This document shows, in pieces, positions 27,154 to 39,107 of a stretch of DNA of 64,000 bases. Position 1 is the first letter of the stretch. Each line of letters opens with the position of its first letter. The notes beneath the pieces are model-generated. The model was not told the origin of the DNA. It worked only from the letters and a program-made list of their open reading frames with translations, and searched no databases. This stretch comes from Octopus bimaculoides (lineage: Eukaryota). The translations under genes and the position numbers were made by a program. The stretch spans positions 73,057,609 to 73,121,608 of the forward strand of contig NC_068991.1 of NCBI RefSeq assembly GCF_001194135.2. Direction: 5' to 3'.

Positions 27154-27996
27154 CGTGGATGTGCTACACCGGGCTCTCCATTCAAACCCAAATCTAATCT
27201 AATAACATCGGTGGAATGAGATAAAGAAACCCGTGGAAGACTTGAAGGAAGCGGTCTTTAAATGACTGAAGAAACTGAAACAAGTAAAAAGAGAGAGAGG
27301 GAGAGAGAGTGATTATTTATTATATTTTGGCATATTTAAATATTTTTGATGAATGTTCGTACGATATTTCGATGCTTCTACCACACGCTGTATTATTTAC
27401 GTTATTGATATATTTACGTTGGTGATTTTAGTGCAACGGGCTTCCTTGAGCATCAAATATCTTTTCTGCACTACAAAGTCCAGTCATTTTCTAGATCACT
27501 CCTGTTCGATCAGGACTGATCTATAAGGTGATTGAACTTTGCGTGTTGGAAGAAATTGTTTTTGTTTGTACATTGATGCGTGATGACGGCGAAGAGGGTG
27601 ATGGGCTGTTTGTTGGTCGTACAGGAACAATTTCCCATGGGTTTCAGGTTGCTAGTTATGCTGATCAGAAAGTGATATTAACCTTGGGAGTCGAGGTGGT
27701 AGAGGTCGTATCGGTGTCGGTATATTTAGAATATAAAGTAGGTTCAGTTATAATACGATTGTGTCTTTTCTTTTATCATATGTTTTAGCGTAATGAGGTG
27801 TTGTAGATGGAATAAATAACCTAGTGGGACGCTTGTTAAAGTTGGCAATGGTAAATATATATATACACACACATATACATACATACATGTATTTGGTTAA
27901 TGCGTTCCGTGTTGTTGCCTTCTATTTTCGGTTGATGTATTTTTAGTGTGATGTCATACAATGTAAGAGTGAACTTGGGTGATATTGGTGGAATAC

Positions 27997-28044
<48 letters not shown>

Positions 28045-28260
28045 ATATACACACATATTTGTGCATATATATATANNNNNNNNNNNNNNNNNNNNNNNNN
28101 NNNNNNNNNNNNNNNNNNNNNNNNNNNNNNNNNNNNNNNNNNNNNNNNNNNNNNNNNNNNNNNNNNNNNNNNNNNNNNNNNNNNNNNNNNNNNNNNNNNN
28201 NNNNNNNNNNNNNNNNNNNNNNNNNNNNNNNNNNNNNNNNNNNTATATATATATATGTCT

Positions 28261-28302
<42 letters not shown>

Positions 28303-28347
28303 ATGTGTGTGTGTGCGTGTGTGTGTATATATTGGTTACTTAATTCT

Positions 28348-29065
28348 ATGCATTGTATGAGGTCTCCCCAGCGGTTCGTTATGTATTGCGTTATCGGAGC
28401 ATGTTTGCCATTTGTGATATTCTGCGTTGGGATTGCATCGTTGATCGATATATTGATGCTCTGCTTCCTATTATATCAGCCCAAGAGAGGTATGTACCTC
28501 CCTTTCCACAGCTAGCATTTCTCAGAGGCACCGTAAAAAGGTCATGGCTGTTGCTCTTACGGATCTAACCATGCCATAAATTAAATATATCGTTAGAGGC
28601 TATATCTGTGCTGGTACATGCTGTTTGAAACCTCTCCATATACACATTTATACGCATGTGTGTTAGTATGCGTGCGTGTCTGTTTCTGGGTTTGATGTAC
28701 GTGTGTATGTTCATGTCTGTGCTTCTTGTGTATCTATATGATTTTGTGTCTATATGTCAACGCATTTTTGGTTGAACTATACAAGCACAATTGCCATATG
28801 TATGATTGGGGGAAGTTACCAGTTACGAGGTGTTTGAGCGGAGGTTCAAAATTCGCTATTGCTGTATTATTTCTTCTCATTATTTTAATTAATAGAATTA
28901 AGATGCGAACCTGACAAAATAGTAGCGTTTGAGGAAAATGTGCCCAATTGTATTTATCTCGGCTCTTCATGTTCTGTTTCAAAATATGGACGAGTTCAGC
29001 TTTGCTATTCATCCCCCCATAATGTATTGTACCTATCAAATACTGGAGTTAAGGATATTGACTAG
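28348..29065 (+). CDS. Candidate two-exon small hydrophobic, Cys-rich protein (28348 or 28372 to 28489, joined to 28896-29065)
   Basis: Donor AGAG/GTATGT, polypyrimidine acceptor at 28895, compatible phase 1, 56 further codons to a stop. The antisense frames are also open, so the strand is ambiguous. Confidence 0.2.
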
Positions 29066-30120
29066 CGCTCTTCTTTTTAAAACTGCTGGCGTTGTGAGGA
29101 AATCAGATATGCTTTTAATCAAGAAAAGTATATATTCCATCAACTCTTCACCTGGTTTCAAATCCGACCCAAGTCCATTTTGTCTTCCATCCTTCAGGTC
29201 TTGTTAAATAAAATACCAGTGAATTATTAGAGTCAATTTATTCGATTACTAGCCTTAGTAGCCGCCATCAGTCCTGGAGCCCTTTCTAGAAGGAGGCTTT
29301 TTTTTTTTATTTCACCCGCTTAACGATAGAACAAAACATAGCAGTGCTCATATGTTAAATGATTTTATTGTTTTTGTTGTTGTTTAGCATCACCTCATTC
29401 GTCTGAAGCGGATGATAAATGAATTTCTCTCAGTAGGCACCCTCTGCTTGTCTCGGTTATGGCCTTAATAGATCTAGGGCTATAAAATCAACTGTGATTT
29501 TATCGTTTGTAGGACGGTTGTATTGTGATTTTGTTCGTAGTTGCGTACAAAAGAATCTTAACATAATTAGAATTATCAAATTTCTCTAAGCATTAAAGCA
29601 ACATGAGAAAACACAGGCAATTAGCAGGACTTTTGAGTCGTAAAGTCAAGTAGATGAAACATGTAGTAGCTTAGTAGAAATAAAGCAATGTTTGTTCATA
29701 GTTAATACTTTTCAAGGAATTTTGTTTATATGTTCTTTTGCACTATTAACGTGCATTTTCGTTCATGTGTTTAATTGCATTCGAAGGAATTCTTGAAGAA
29801 AATCTCAGTTCCACGGAAGTTGAAAAAAAATTACACTGTTTTATGTTGAGAATATTTATAAGAAATAGACTTATTTCAATTCTTAGGTGAAATTAATTAA
29901 AAGAAAATGAAGTCAGCTACAACCAGGGAATTAACAAATTGATTCGGAGCTAATAACAATTATTGAATTTCCATTAAGAATTTCCCTTGTCGTTAATTTA
30001 AGTGGAAAGAGGAAGTAAGGTGAATGAGAAGATCCTAAAGCAAGTAATCGATGTGGTGTGCAGTGAGTGGCATAATAAGCAACAGTGTATAGATTATGTG
30101 AGAGACAAGAGACGTAAAGG

Positions 30121-30171
<51 letters not shown>

Positions 30172-31163
30172 TGATATGAGAGAAATGATAAAAAGGTGAA
30201 AGAAAGGGTTGGAGGAAGAGACAAAATAGGAAAATGTCTGGCTAGTGGTGTATGTATGTATGTATGTATGTATGTATGCATGAAGGCGTCTGTGTTTCAT
30301 TGTGTGCATACATGAACGGAAAGAAGTAGCTAAATAAAAGGTGGAAAGATCACATATAACAAAGAGATCCGAAAGAGACAGTGGTGGTGATGGTGTGCGT
30401 ATCAGAACAATGTATCATGGAGGGTGTGTTCGAAAAAGCGAAAACAAAATTTAAAGGAATGAAATCTATAAAGGATGGGAAAAATAGAGAAAAAAAAAAA
30501 CACGAACAAAAAACATAAAAAAACAAAACAAAACAACAGCTGAAATTTTTAAGTAGGAAAGGAACGCAAATGCGATAAGAAAATATAATGAAAAGAAAGG
30601 AAAGAACCGGAGAAATCGAATACATTAAGGAATGGAATTAAAAGACAAAAAAATTAACAGGAAACCGTTTTTGTAAGAAGCTTTTATACAATTAATTAAG
30701 TGATTAATGCGTGCAGCGTTAGATAATTTAATAATTATTTATTACATGAAAAGGTTTTAGCTGCAACAATGTCATGCACAAATTATAGTATATATTTTCG
30801 ATATCTAATCCTGTCGTGCTATGCTTTTCCAAAAGATTTTGGTAAAATGAAAGTACCAAGAAGAATTTTGGATCTCATTAGAAGTAATTTTCCTTGACAA
30901 TGATGAAAGAAAAAAAAAATTATAATTACAAAATGACAGCATATTTCATAAATCTTTTCTCACAAAAGAAGGAAAAGGTTTTAAAAAAAATATTCCAAAA
31001 GTTCTTCCTATTTTGTGCACTATAAATGTACTTTTGCCATGAAATCTACGAGTGGTGAGAAACATCTTTAAAAGAAATCTTTAAATCTAGCTATCAATTT
31101 AATTTAAGGTGTGTGGCCGATGGAGAAGAAGTCTTAAATTATTCAACAGCACGTTTCTATTAC

Positions 31164-31199
<36 letters not shown>

Positions 31200-31393
31200 A
31201 TATAAAGGAAATAACTCTGACCGAACATNNNNNNNNNNNNNNNNNNNNNNNNNNNNNNNNNNNNNNNNNNNNNNNNNNNNNNNNNNNNNNNNNNNNNNNN
31301 NNNNNNNNNNNNNNNNNNNNNNNNNNNNNNNNNNNNNNNNNNNNNNNNNNNNNNNNNNNNNNNNNNNNNNNNNNNNNNNNNNNNNNNNNNNNN

Positions 31394-31431
<38 letters not shown>

Positions 31432-31857
31432 AGTTGAGATGTGTTCTGTTAAGAACGTATAAGAGTACAAATAGAGCTCGTTCACAAATAGACCTCAGAA
31501 CGTAAAGACAGACGAAATACAGCTAAGCATTTCGCCCGTGTAGCTATTCGATATATTATCATAGCTTATCATTTTATATCCTATACTATTTAATATTCAT
31601 GTTTTTCTCATATTTTGTGTGAGCTTTTATCAGAACAAGAAAGTGGAAAGAAGGATTTTTTGTAATTCATTTGCTGCACATACGAGAAAATCTTAATTTA
31701 GGAGACTCTGTCTATTGTTAAGATCTTTCATTCTTCGCCTATGAATAGTATGATTTTTTACAAGATAATTTCCCTTTATCAATATTATCTTCATTACAAC
31801 CTTCACATTCAATAGCATAAAAGAACATGTTTTTATGAACAAGGGATTATTTTACAG

Positions 31858-32040
31858 CAGTGGTTCCCAAAGTGGGCAGTATTGCCCTCTGGTAGAGGTG
31901 GAATGTTCCAAGGGGGCGTTGAAGAAAAGTGGGGATATGACGGGGTAGCGATTCATGTAGACATTGGGGCGATAATTGAGTGGTAATTCATGTAAAACAG
32001 CAACATAATGGGTTCATTAGGTGAAGTTTTATTTGTGAAA
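31858..32040 (+). mobile_element. hAT-type terminal fragment
   Basis: Begins CAGTGGTTCCCAAAGTGGGC, a hAT/Charlie-type terminus, and resembles the 61382 MITE. The other end was not found. Confidence 0.55.
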
Positions 32041-32470
32041 TACTGTCAGACATTTTCGTTATTGAAGGTGTATTTTTGGTGGTAAATTTGGCATTGGTAA
32101 GTAATCTACGTTAGGGACATTTATTTCTTTGCTTTTGGTAATTTCCTGTCTCTCGAGTGTTTCTTTTCTTGATTGACTATTGCTTTGGCAAACTCCATCC
32201 CCTTATAAGTTAACGTTGCTAGATATTGCCTATTAAGTAGAGTTCGTGTTAATTATTGGGGTCTTTTATTCCGAAATGTAAGATGCAAAGCCCTCGAGTA
32301 TATTTTTCGTGCTAGTTTAAGTGGAATTTTGTTGTAATATGATTTTGATTGCAAGAAATATATAATAAATATTGTTTAGAATCTAAACTTTAGAATGTTT
32401 CATTTTATAGTGATTGTCTGCTTGCATGTATGGGCCTTCATCGATTTTTTACAATATTCAGGAATGGTCA

Positions 32471-32706
32471 GGGCACCGAGCTGGCGGAATCGTTAGCACG
32501 CCGGGTGAAATGCTTAGCGGTAATTCGTCTGCCGTTGCGTTCTGAGTTCAAATTCCACCGAGGTCGACTCTGCCCTTCATTCTTTCGAGGTCGATTAAAT
32601 AAGAACCAGTTATGCACTTGGCTTGATGTCATAGACTTAATCCCTTTGTCTATCCTTATTTGTCCCCTCTATGTTTAGCCCCTTGTGAGCAATAAAGAAA
32701 TAAATA
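32471..32706 (+). mobile_element. SINE, family B, full length
   Basis: Close match to the family B consensus through to gcaataaagaaataa. Confidence 0.92.
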
Positions 32707-33308
32707 TTCGGGAATGGTAACTGACTGTCACTATACTCCATTACGAAACGCATATTTTTGTTGATCTTATGGCTTTGTAATCCTTAATCTGCTCAAGATC
32801 GAACGAAGTCATCTTACTAATATTTCCGATATTTTGCTAGGTATTTATGTATGCTAACGCCGTATCGTAGTGAAGAGCGCTACTACATCTACACTTCTTG
32901 GCGTATGTAGTGGTAATAGCCGTTGCGATTGTTGACCAAGATTTCTGTTAGTAAATGTTACCACTGAATTTGGAAACATTACCTTGTAGGATGAATTTTA
33001 TTCCTTCAGTACTTAGTCTCTTTTCTATTCCGCCTGGGATATCATTGGAGAATATTTAAAGTCAGAATTCGACAGCTTGAGATCCATAAACAAGTGGTAT
33101 GGTAGTATAGCCTATTATTACATCAAATAGGGCAACAATAGTGTTTACGTTAATTTTTTTTCTTTGTGAGGTAGCTTAACAGGCACAAGATACACCTTAT
33201 AAACTTGCTATAGGCTTCGGAATAGGTTTCGGCAGTATTTGTACAAACTCGATGTCTCTTATTTATACAAGTTGGGTCAGCGAGAATCCGTCTTAATTTA
33301 AGATCGTT

Positions 33309-33446
33309 GCGAAGGGGTATGTTTATATTAGCCACGGCGAAGGGGTATGTTTATATTAGCCACGGCGAAGGGGTATGTTTATATTAGCCCGGCGAAGGGG
33401 TATGTTTATATTAGCCCGGCGAAGGGGTATGTTTATATTAGCCACG
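33309..33446. repeat. Minisatellite: 5 copies of a 27-28 bp unit GCGAAGGGGTATGTTTATATTAGCC(A)CG
   Basis: Five head-to-tail units with no spacers. Confidence 0.97.
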
Positions 33447-34084
33447 TTTGATTCTTTACAGATATCGTATATTGTCTTGCATGTACAGATTTGGAGAAGT
33501 CCGTACAGATTGCTATGGTCTTGCATTAAAAATTCCTTGTCTTGCTGGATTCTTTGTTACTTTAACCTTTTCACTGTACACGAATGAAGGTGCTATATTA
33601 TTTCATAGCATTTGATTGCTAGCAATTGCTTACATTTTCATAATAGATGAGGGCTTGATGTAGGAATAAGATGCCGTTTTGTGTAATATTTAACTTCAAC
33701 TTCCATATTTCCTATAGCATTGCACTTATCCGTTTCTTTCATGATGGAGTTATTATTGTTTTTGAGTTCATGAATAAATACCTACTTGGATTAGGCAATA
33801 GGAATTAATGAACTATATTGTTCACGAAAGGAGGCATCGTCATGAGACAAATACAACAGATCTCTCATGCTTACTTAAGGCATTAATCAAATTATTCAAA
33901 TGTCAATCTCCGGTTCTCGCCTGGACACGTTCAATGGACACTGGAAATAAGAAGAATGAATAACAACGGTTATGTTTGGAATATAGTCGACGCTTTGAAA
34001 TATTCCAGTTATTTTGGGACCTGCATTCTATTGAAGCTGTTTCTGATCATGATTTTGTTTCCTTCTATAACTAAGGAGAAATTG

Positions 34085-34247
34085 TAGGCATGGCTGTATG
34101 TTTAAGAAGCGCACCTTGCGACCAGGCGGTTTTAGGTTCAGTCCTACTATGTGGCACTTTGAGCAAATGGTATTGATATAGTCCCTGACCAAGCAATGTT
34201 CTGTGCATGAATTTGGAATACGGAAACTGTCATGATGCCCATCATGC

Positions 34248-34278
<31 letters not shown>

Positions 34279-34570
34279 CATACACACAAACACACACTAA
34301 TATATATGTATGTGTGTATATGTGTGTGTGTGTGTGTGTGAGTGTATCTTTCTGTTGTTGTTTTTTTATCTCCCACGTCCATGATTTGACAATCGGTATT
34401 GGTTTGTTCTCATCCTCGCAACTTGGTGGGTTGACCAAAAGTGTGCGATAGGAGGATAAGCACCAGACTTAAAATAAGTAAGTGCTGTGGTCGATTTGTT
34501 CGACTAACCCTTTCAAAGCAGTGCCACAGCATGCTCACAGTCCAATGGCTTAGGCAAATAAAATGTAAAA
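34085..34570 (+). mobile_element. Divergent SINE related to family A
   Basis: ggttcagtcc...tggcactttgagcaa head/core, internal microsatellite and gtcgatttgttcgact...cagcatg tail. Confidence 0.75.
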
Positions 34571-34867
34571 GTTAAAAATCCTCGGCGTCCATATTTGATA
34601 ATTGGTTTTCGAGGATTACCATTGATGAAGATTGACCACGCATCGAAACGTGTGTATACTGGTATGGCGATGATTTGTTTCTAGGAAGATTGCTACTCAT
34701 TCAGGGAAGTTCCCTCCCTTTATGCCACCCGTATTTATGTACGGCGGAGGCCGCTGAATTGTACCGGTATATTTTGATATCAATGTCATTGCAGACGTTA
34801 CTGTCAGAAACACAAAGAACGAAAATATATACCGCAAGCAACTTGCCAGACCCTCGAACAGTTCCCG

Positions 34868-34990
34868 AAACCCCATGCTGAATTGCTACCTTTTTCCCAT
34901 CATCCCGAAAGGACGAAAATCCGAGTTGCTCTCAGCGGCATTTGAACTCAGGATGTTGGAAAAATCATACTAAATGGTACTTCCAACGCT
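34868..34990 (-). mobile_element. Degenerate SINE, family B, partial
   Basis: tttcccatcatcccgaaaggacgaaa...gcatttgaactcagga is the reverse complement of the family B body. Confidence 0.65.
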
Positions 34991-35374
34991 GAAATGTCTC
35001 TTTCAGGTCATCTCTTTGGGAAGGTTGAAATTTGAAGTAAAAAACGTGTCTAAGAAATAATTGAATCACTAGAGTTAAACGATTTGGCTTGCCAATGTTA
35101 AAAAATCGGATTATTGTACAAATTAGATTAATGATATTAATTACTGTTCTTCTTTCCGTGTTTTAACTACATCTATCTATAATTGTAAGGAAAATGTGCA
35201 GAGCTTAGGAAAATGTCGCCAGACATTAACTTCACAGTGTTTTATTACAAACAACAGCTTGCTTAATGAATGAACTAATTCAGTTGATGAATACGGGTAG
35301 TTATGATGGGTATATTGGGCTTCGTATATTTGTACCCCAGTGTCAATTCGTTGGCATGCGCTGCTCTCTCACTC

Positions 35375-35464
<90 letters not shown>

Positions 35465-35671
35465 TTATGAATTTATTTATTTATTAATTTTTTTTTTAAA
35501 TACATATTTTACCTGTTAATTTGCGTGTGTAAACTGGGAATGCATACAATGAGCTTCTCTGCCCTAGGTGTACGGAAAACACTCGGCGAGAAATGGAAGA
35601 AAATTTGAAGAAAGAAGAAAACCAACAACATAATATTAATAGTAATAATAATTAAAATAGTTATAATAATA

Positions 35672-35726
<55 letters not shown>

Positions 35727-35745
35727 TGATGATGATGATAATAAA
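35375..35745. repeat. Two (AAT)n tracts (about 35375-35462 and 35630-35745) flanking a short unique island
   Basis: Directly visible. Confidence 0.95.
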
Positions 35746-35759
35746 TAAGTAAATAACAA

Positions 35760-35976
35760 GCGTAGAAGTGGCTGTGTGGTAAGTATCTTGCTTACCAACC
35801 ATATGGTTCCGGGTTCAGTCCCACTGCGTGGCACCTTGGGCAGGTGTCTTCTACTATAGCTTCGGGCCGACCAAAGCCTTGTGAGTGGATTTGGTAGACG
35901 GAAACTGAAAGAAGCCCGTCGTATATATGTATATGTATATATATGTGTGTGTTTGTGTGTCTGTGTTTGTCCCCCC
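35760..35976 (+). mobile_element. SINE, family A, 3'-truncated
   Basis: Near-consensus head and core, ending at tttgtcccccc. Confidence 0.9.
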
Positions 35977-36739
35977 AAATTGATAAATTACGCATACACG
36001 CGAATGTTTACACAATCATATATACATTTTAATACCCATAGAACTACGCATACATCCCAATGTTTACACAACTACGTTAAATTTAGAGGACACATACACG
36101 CATATCAAAACACATGTCACAAACGAAGCAAAAAAAAATATAAAAAAAACTTCGAACTGTCACAAACAGAACAATTCGTAAGTTTAAAAATACCACAAAA
36201 GACAATGCCCGGAGAAAAATCCATCAACAAAATAATACAGACGAATTCAGATCTGTTAGCCTCAAGAAGCTACGTTACGAGCAATGTTCTCATGCAGAGA
36301 ACTCAGAGGCGGTGTTGTCTAAAAAAAAATAACCCTAAACAGACAGATCCGCCACCCAATTTCAACGTCCAAGCTCGTCATGCCTCGATAACAAAGCAAA
36401 ATACAAACCGGATCGGCCGTCACCCGTAGAAACAAAGGTCGCTTGCCCCAGTGAGGAACCAGGCTAGATACCAAAAATAAAATAAATTTGGGCAGAAGAA
36501 GAAACACACAATAAAATGTTCTCTTGATCGAATATCTACTGACTTAGACTCCTTAGAAGAGCAAAGATTTAGGAAATGAGGGGAAAGAAGTGTCGTAAAT
36601 ATCTTGCTTACGAACCACATGGTTCTAGGTTCAGTCCCACTGCGTGGTACCTTCGGCAAGAGTCTTCTACTATAGCGTACCAACCAAAGCCTTGTGAGTA
36701 GTTTTAGTAGAAGGAAACTGAAAGAAGCCCGTCGGATAT

Positions 36740-37582
36740 NNNNNNNNNNNNNNNNNNNNNNNNNNNNNNNNNNNNNNNNNNNNNNNNNNNNNNNNNNNNN
36801 NNNNNNNNNNNNNNNNNNNNNNNNNNNNNNNNNNNNNNNNNNNNNNNNNNNNNNNNNNNNNNNNNNNNNNNNNNNNNNNNNNNNNNNNNNNNNNNNNNNN
36901 NNNNNNNNNNNNNNNNNNNNNNNNNNNNNNNNNNNNNNNNNNNNNNNNNNNNNNNNNNNNNNNNNNNNNNNNNNNNNNNNNNNNNNNNNNNNNNNNNNNN
37001 NNNNNNNNNNNNNNNNNNNNNNNNNNNNNNNNNNNNNNNNNNNNNNNNNNNNNNNNNNNNNNNNNNNNNNNNNNNNNNNNNNNNNNNNNNNNNNNNNNNN
37101 NNNNNNNNNNNNNNNNNNNNNNNNNNNNNNNNNNNNNNNNNNNNNNNNNNNNNNNNNNNNNNNNNNNNNNNNNNNNNNNNNNNNNNNNNNNNNNNNNNNN
37201 NNNNNNNNNNNNNNNNNNNNNNNNNNNNNNNNNNNNNNNNNNNNNNNNNNNNNNNNNNNNNNNNNNNNNNNNNNNNNNNNNNNNNNNNNNNNNNNNNNNN
37301 NNNNNNNNNNNNNNNNNNNNNNNNNNNNNNNNNNNNNNNNNNNNNNNNNNNNNNNNNNNNNNNNNNNNNNNNNNNNNNNNNNNNNNNNNNNNNNNNNNNN
37401 NNNNNNNNNNNNNNNNNNNNNNNNNNNNNNNNNNNNNNNNNNNNNNNNNNNNNNNNNNNNNNNNNNNNNNNNNNNNNNNNNNNNNNNNNNNNNNNNNNNN
37501 NNNNNNNNNNNNNNNNNNNNNNNNNNNNNNNNNNNNNNNNNNNNNNNNNNNNNNNNNNNNNNNNNNNNNNNNNNNNNNNNNN
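36740..37582. other. Largest assembly gap (N run). Other large gaps: 12659-12957, 13705-13935, 19100-19395, 40401-40753
   Basis: N runs, mostly flanked by dinucleotide repeats. Confidence 0.99.
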
Positions 37583-37622
<40 letters not shown>

Positions 37623-38066
37623 CACACACACACACAAAATTAATATAAACTGTAGTTCCTAACAATGACGCGTCATTTTCCGTTATTTCCGCTGTCTGAT
37701 CAGTTATGCTGCCTCGTCGAGTTCGGCTCCATCCGGACTCGCTTCGCCATTAGTATTTATGTTTTCGTCAGCCAAATAATTGGATTATTAAGCGATTCGC
37801 TAATGTGCATATATGAAATTAATATAAACAGCAATTTGCAAAGATTCACGTATAAATACATGTGTATATATATATATATATATACATATGTATGTATGTA
37901 CGTATGCATGTATATATGTACATATTTGCATGTTTGTGTGTCTTTTTATCCGTGTTTGCGCCCCCCGCGCCACTGCTTGACAACCTGTGCTGGTGGGTTT
38001 ACGTTCCTGTAACTTACCTTTTCAGTAAAATAGACCGATAGAGTAAACACGAGGCTTTAAAATTTT

Positions 38067-38580
38067 AGCAGTTATCTTTTACCAGCGTCCACTCCACACT
38101 GCATTATCTGCACACCCACACACCATCATTCACACACCCACGCACCATCATTCACACACCCACACACAATATTCAATAGCGTCACCACACATATGAGCAG
38201 TCACTCGTTGCAGACGCACACACTTACACGCCCACACATGTCACATTCTCTAGCCCCTATCTCCAGCGCACTTAGACATTCTCACGTACACATACGCACG
38301 CGGTCTTTCGTTTAGGGATCACCAACATGTTATTATCTCCCCTTTTATCATCCTTTTCTTTCAATTTGTTTACTTTTTTCTAATCAGTCGCGATGCTTGA
38401 CCGCTAAATCCACAAGTTTTTTTCTATTTTCTCTCTGTTTATTTTCTCTTATTCCTTTCTGTTGAAGACCGTAGCCTTGAAACGTAAAAGACTTTTACAA
38501 TTTCCCGAGCGTCAAACTAATACACCTACTTGTTGTTTATACACGTGTCTTCGTCTTTTGTTTTTCTATAAATTTCAACT
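38067..38580 (+). mobile_element. Nested insertion in the SINE tail; probable Penelope-like terminal repeat or non-autonomous derivative
   Basis: Interrupts the SINE tail, contains a degenerate hammerhead-like motif at 38455-38490, and ends in ataaatttcaact followed by an A/TA-rich run. Confidence 0.55.
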
Positions 38581-38705
38581 TCAAAAATATATATAAGTAC
38601 TGGGGTCGATACATTCGACAAAAATTTCAAGGCGGTGCCCCAGCATGGCCGTAGTCAAAGAACTGAAAAAAGGGAAAGATAAAAGATAAAAGATATGTGT
38701 GTGCG

Positions 38706-38751
<46 letters not shown>

Positions 38752-38964
38752 TGTGTGTCTGTGTATATGTGGTTTATTGACGATTTTTACTTCCATCTTC
38801 CTTTTCTCTTGGACTTTGCTCTCTCTCCTGTTTCTGAAGAAGTGCTTTGCTCGAGACATAAAACATCCTTTCTTCCCTTCTCTGAGCGTCATTTAATACT
38901 TTGCATGCATTACGTCCTCGCGTTGTTGTTTTTCTTTTCTGTTGTGTTATTTTCTTCGTTTTCG

Positions 38965-39020
38965 GGGGATTAACTACACACACACACACACACACGCACA
39001 CACACGCACACACACACACA

Positions 39021-39051
<31 letters not shown>

Positions 39052-39052
39052 G

Positions 39053-39105
<53 letters not shown>
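38965..39105. repeat. (CA)n/(CACG)n microsatellite
   Basis: Directly visible. Confidence 0.97.

Positions 39106-39107
<2 letters not shown>

Larger units (their letters stand above)
36585..38690 (+). mobile_element. Family A SINE sequence: head 36585-36739, gap, tail split into 37930-38066 and 38590-38690 by a nested insertion
   Basis: The two tail halves are collinear with the consensus either side of the insert. Head and tail may belong to different copies because a gap and unique sequence lie between them. Confidence 0.7.

Noticed and set aside
24950-27790. T/G-rich segments (about 24950-25320, 25770-26260, 27540-27790) resembling antisense LINE debris
   Set aside because: No diagnostic motif was found, so I did not assign a family.
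33166-33190. let-7-like seed TGAGGTAG
   Set aside because: The rest does not match let-7 and no hairpin is evident. I recognised no other conserved miRNA by eye.
33309-33446. CRISPR-like array
   Set aside because: The units are directly head-to-tail with no unique spacers, there are no cas genes, and the context is eukaryotic.
35661-35995. ORFs such as DGLLSVSVYQIHSQGFGRPEAIVEDTCPRCHAVG (also 49489-50396)
   Set aside because: They are antisense readings of the family A SINE, repeated across copies.
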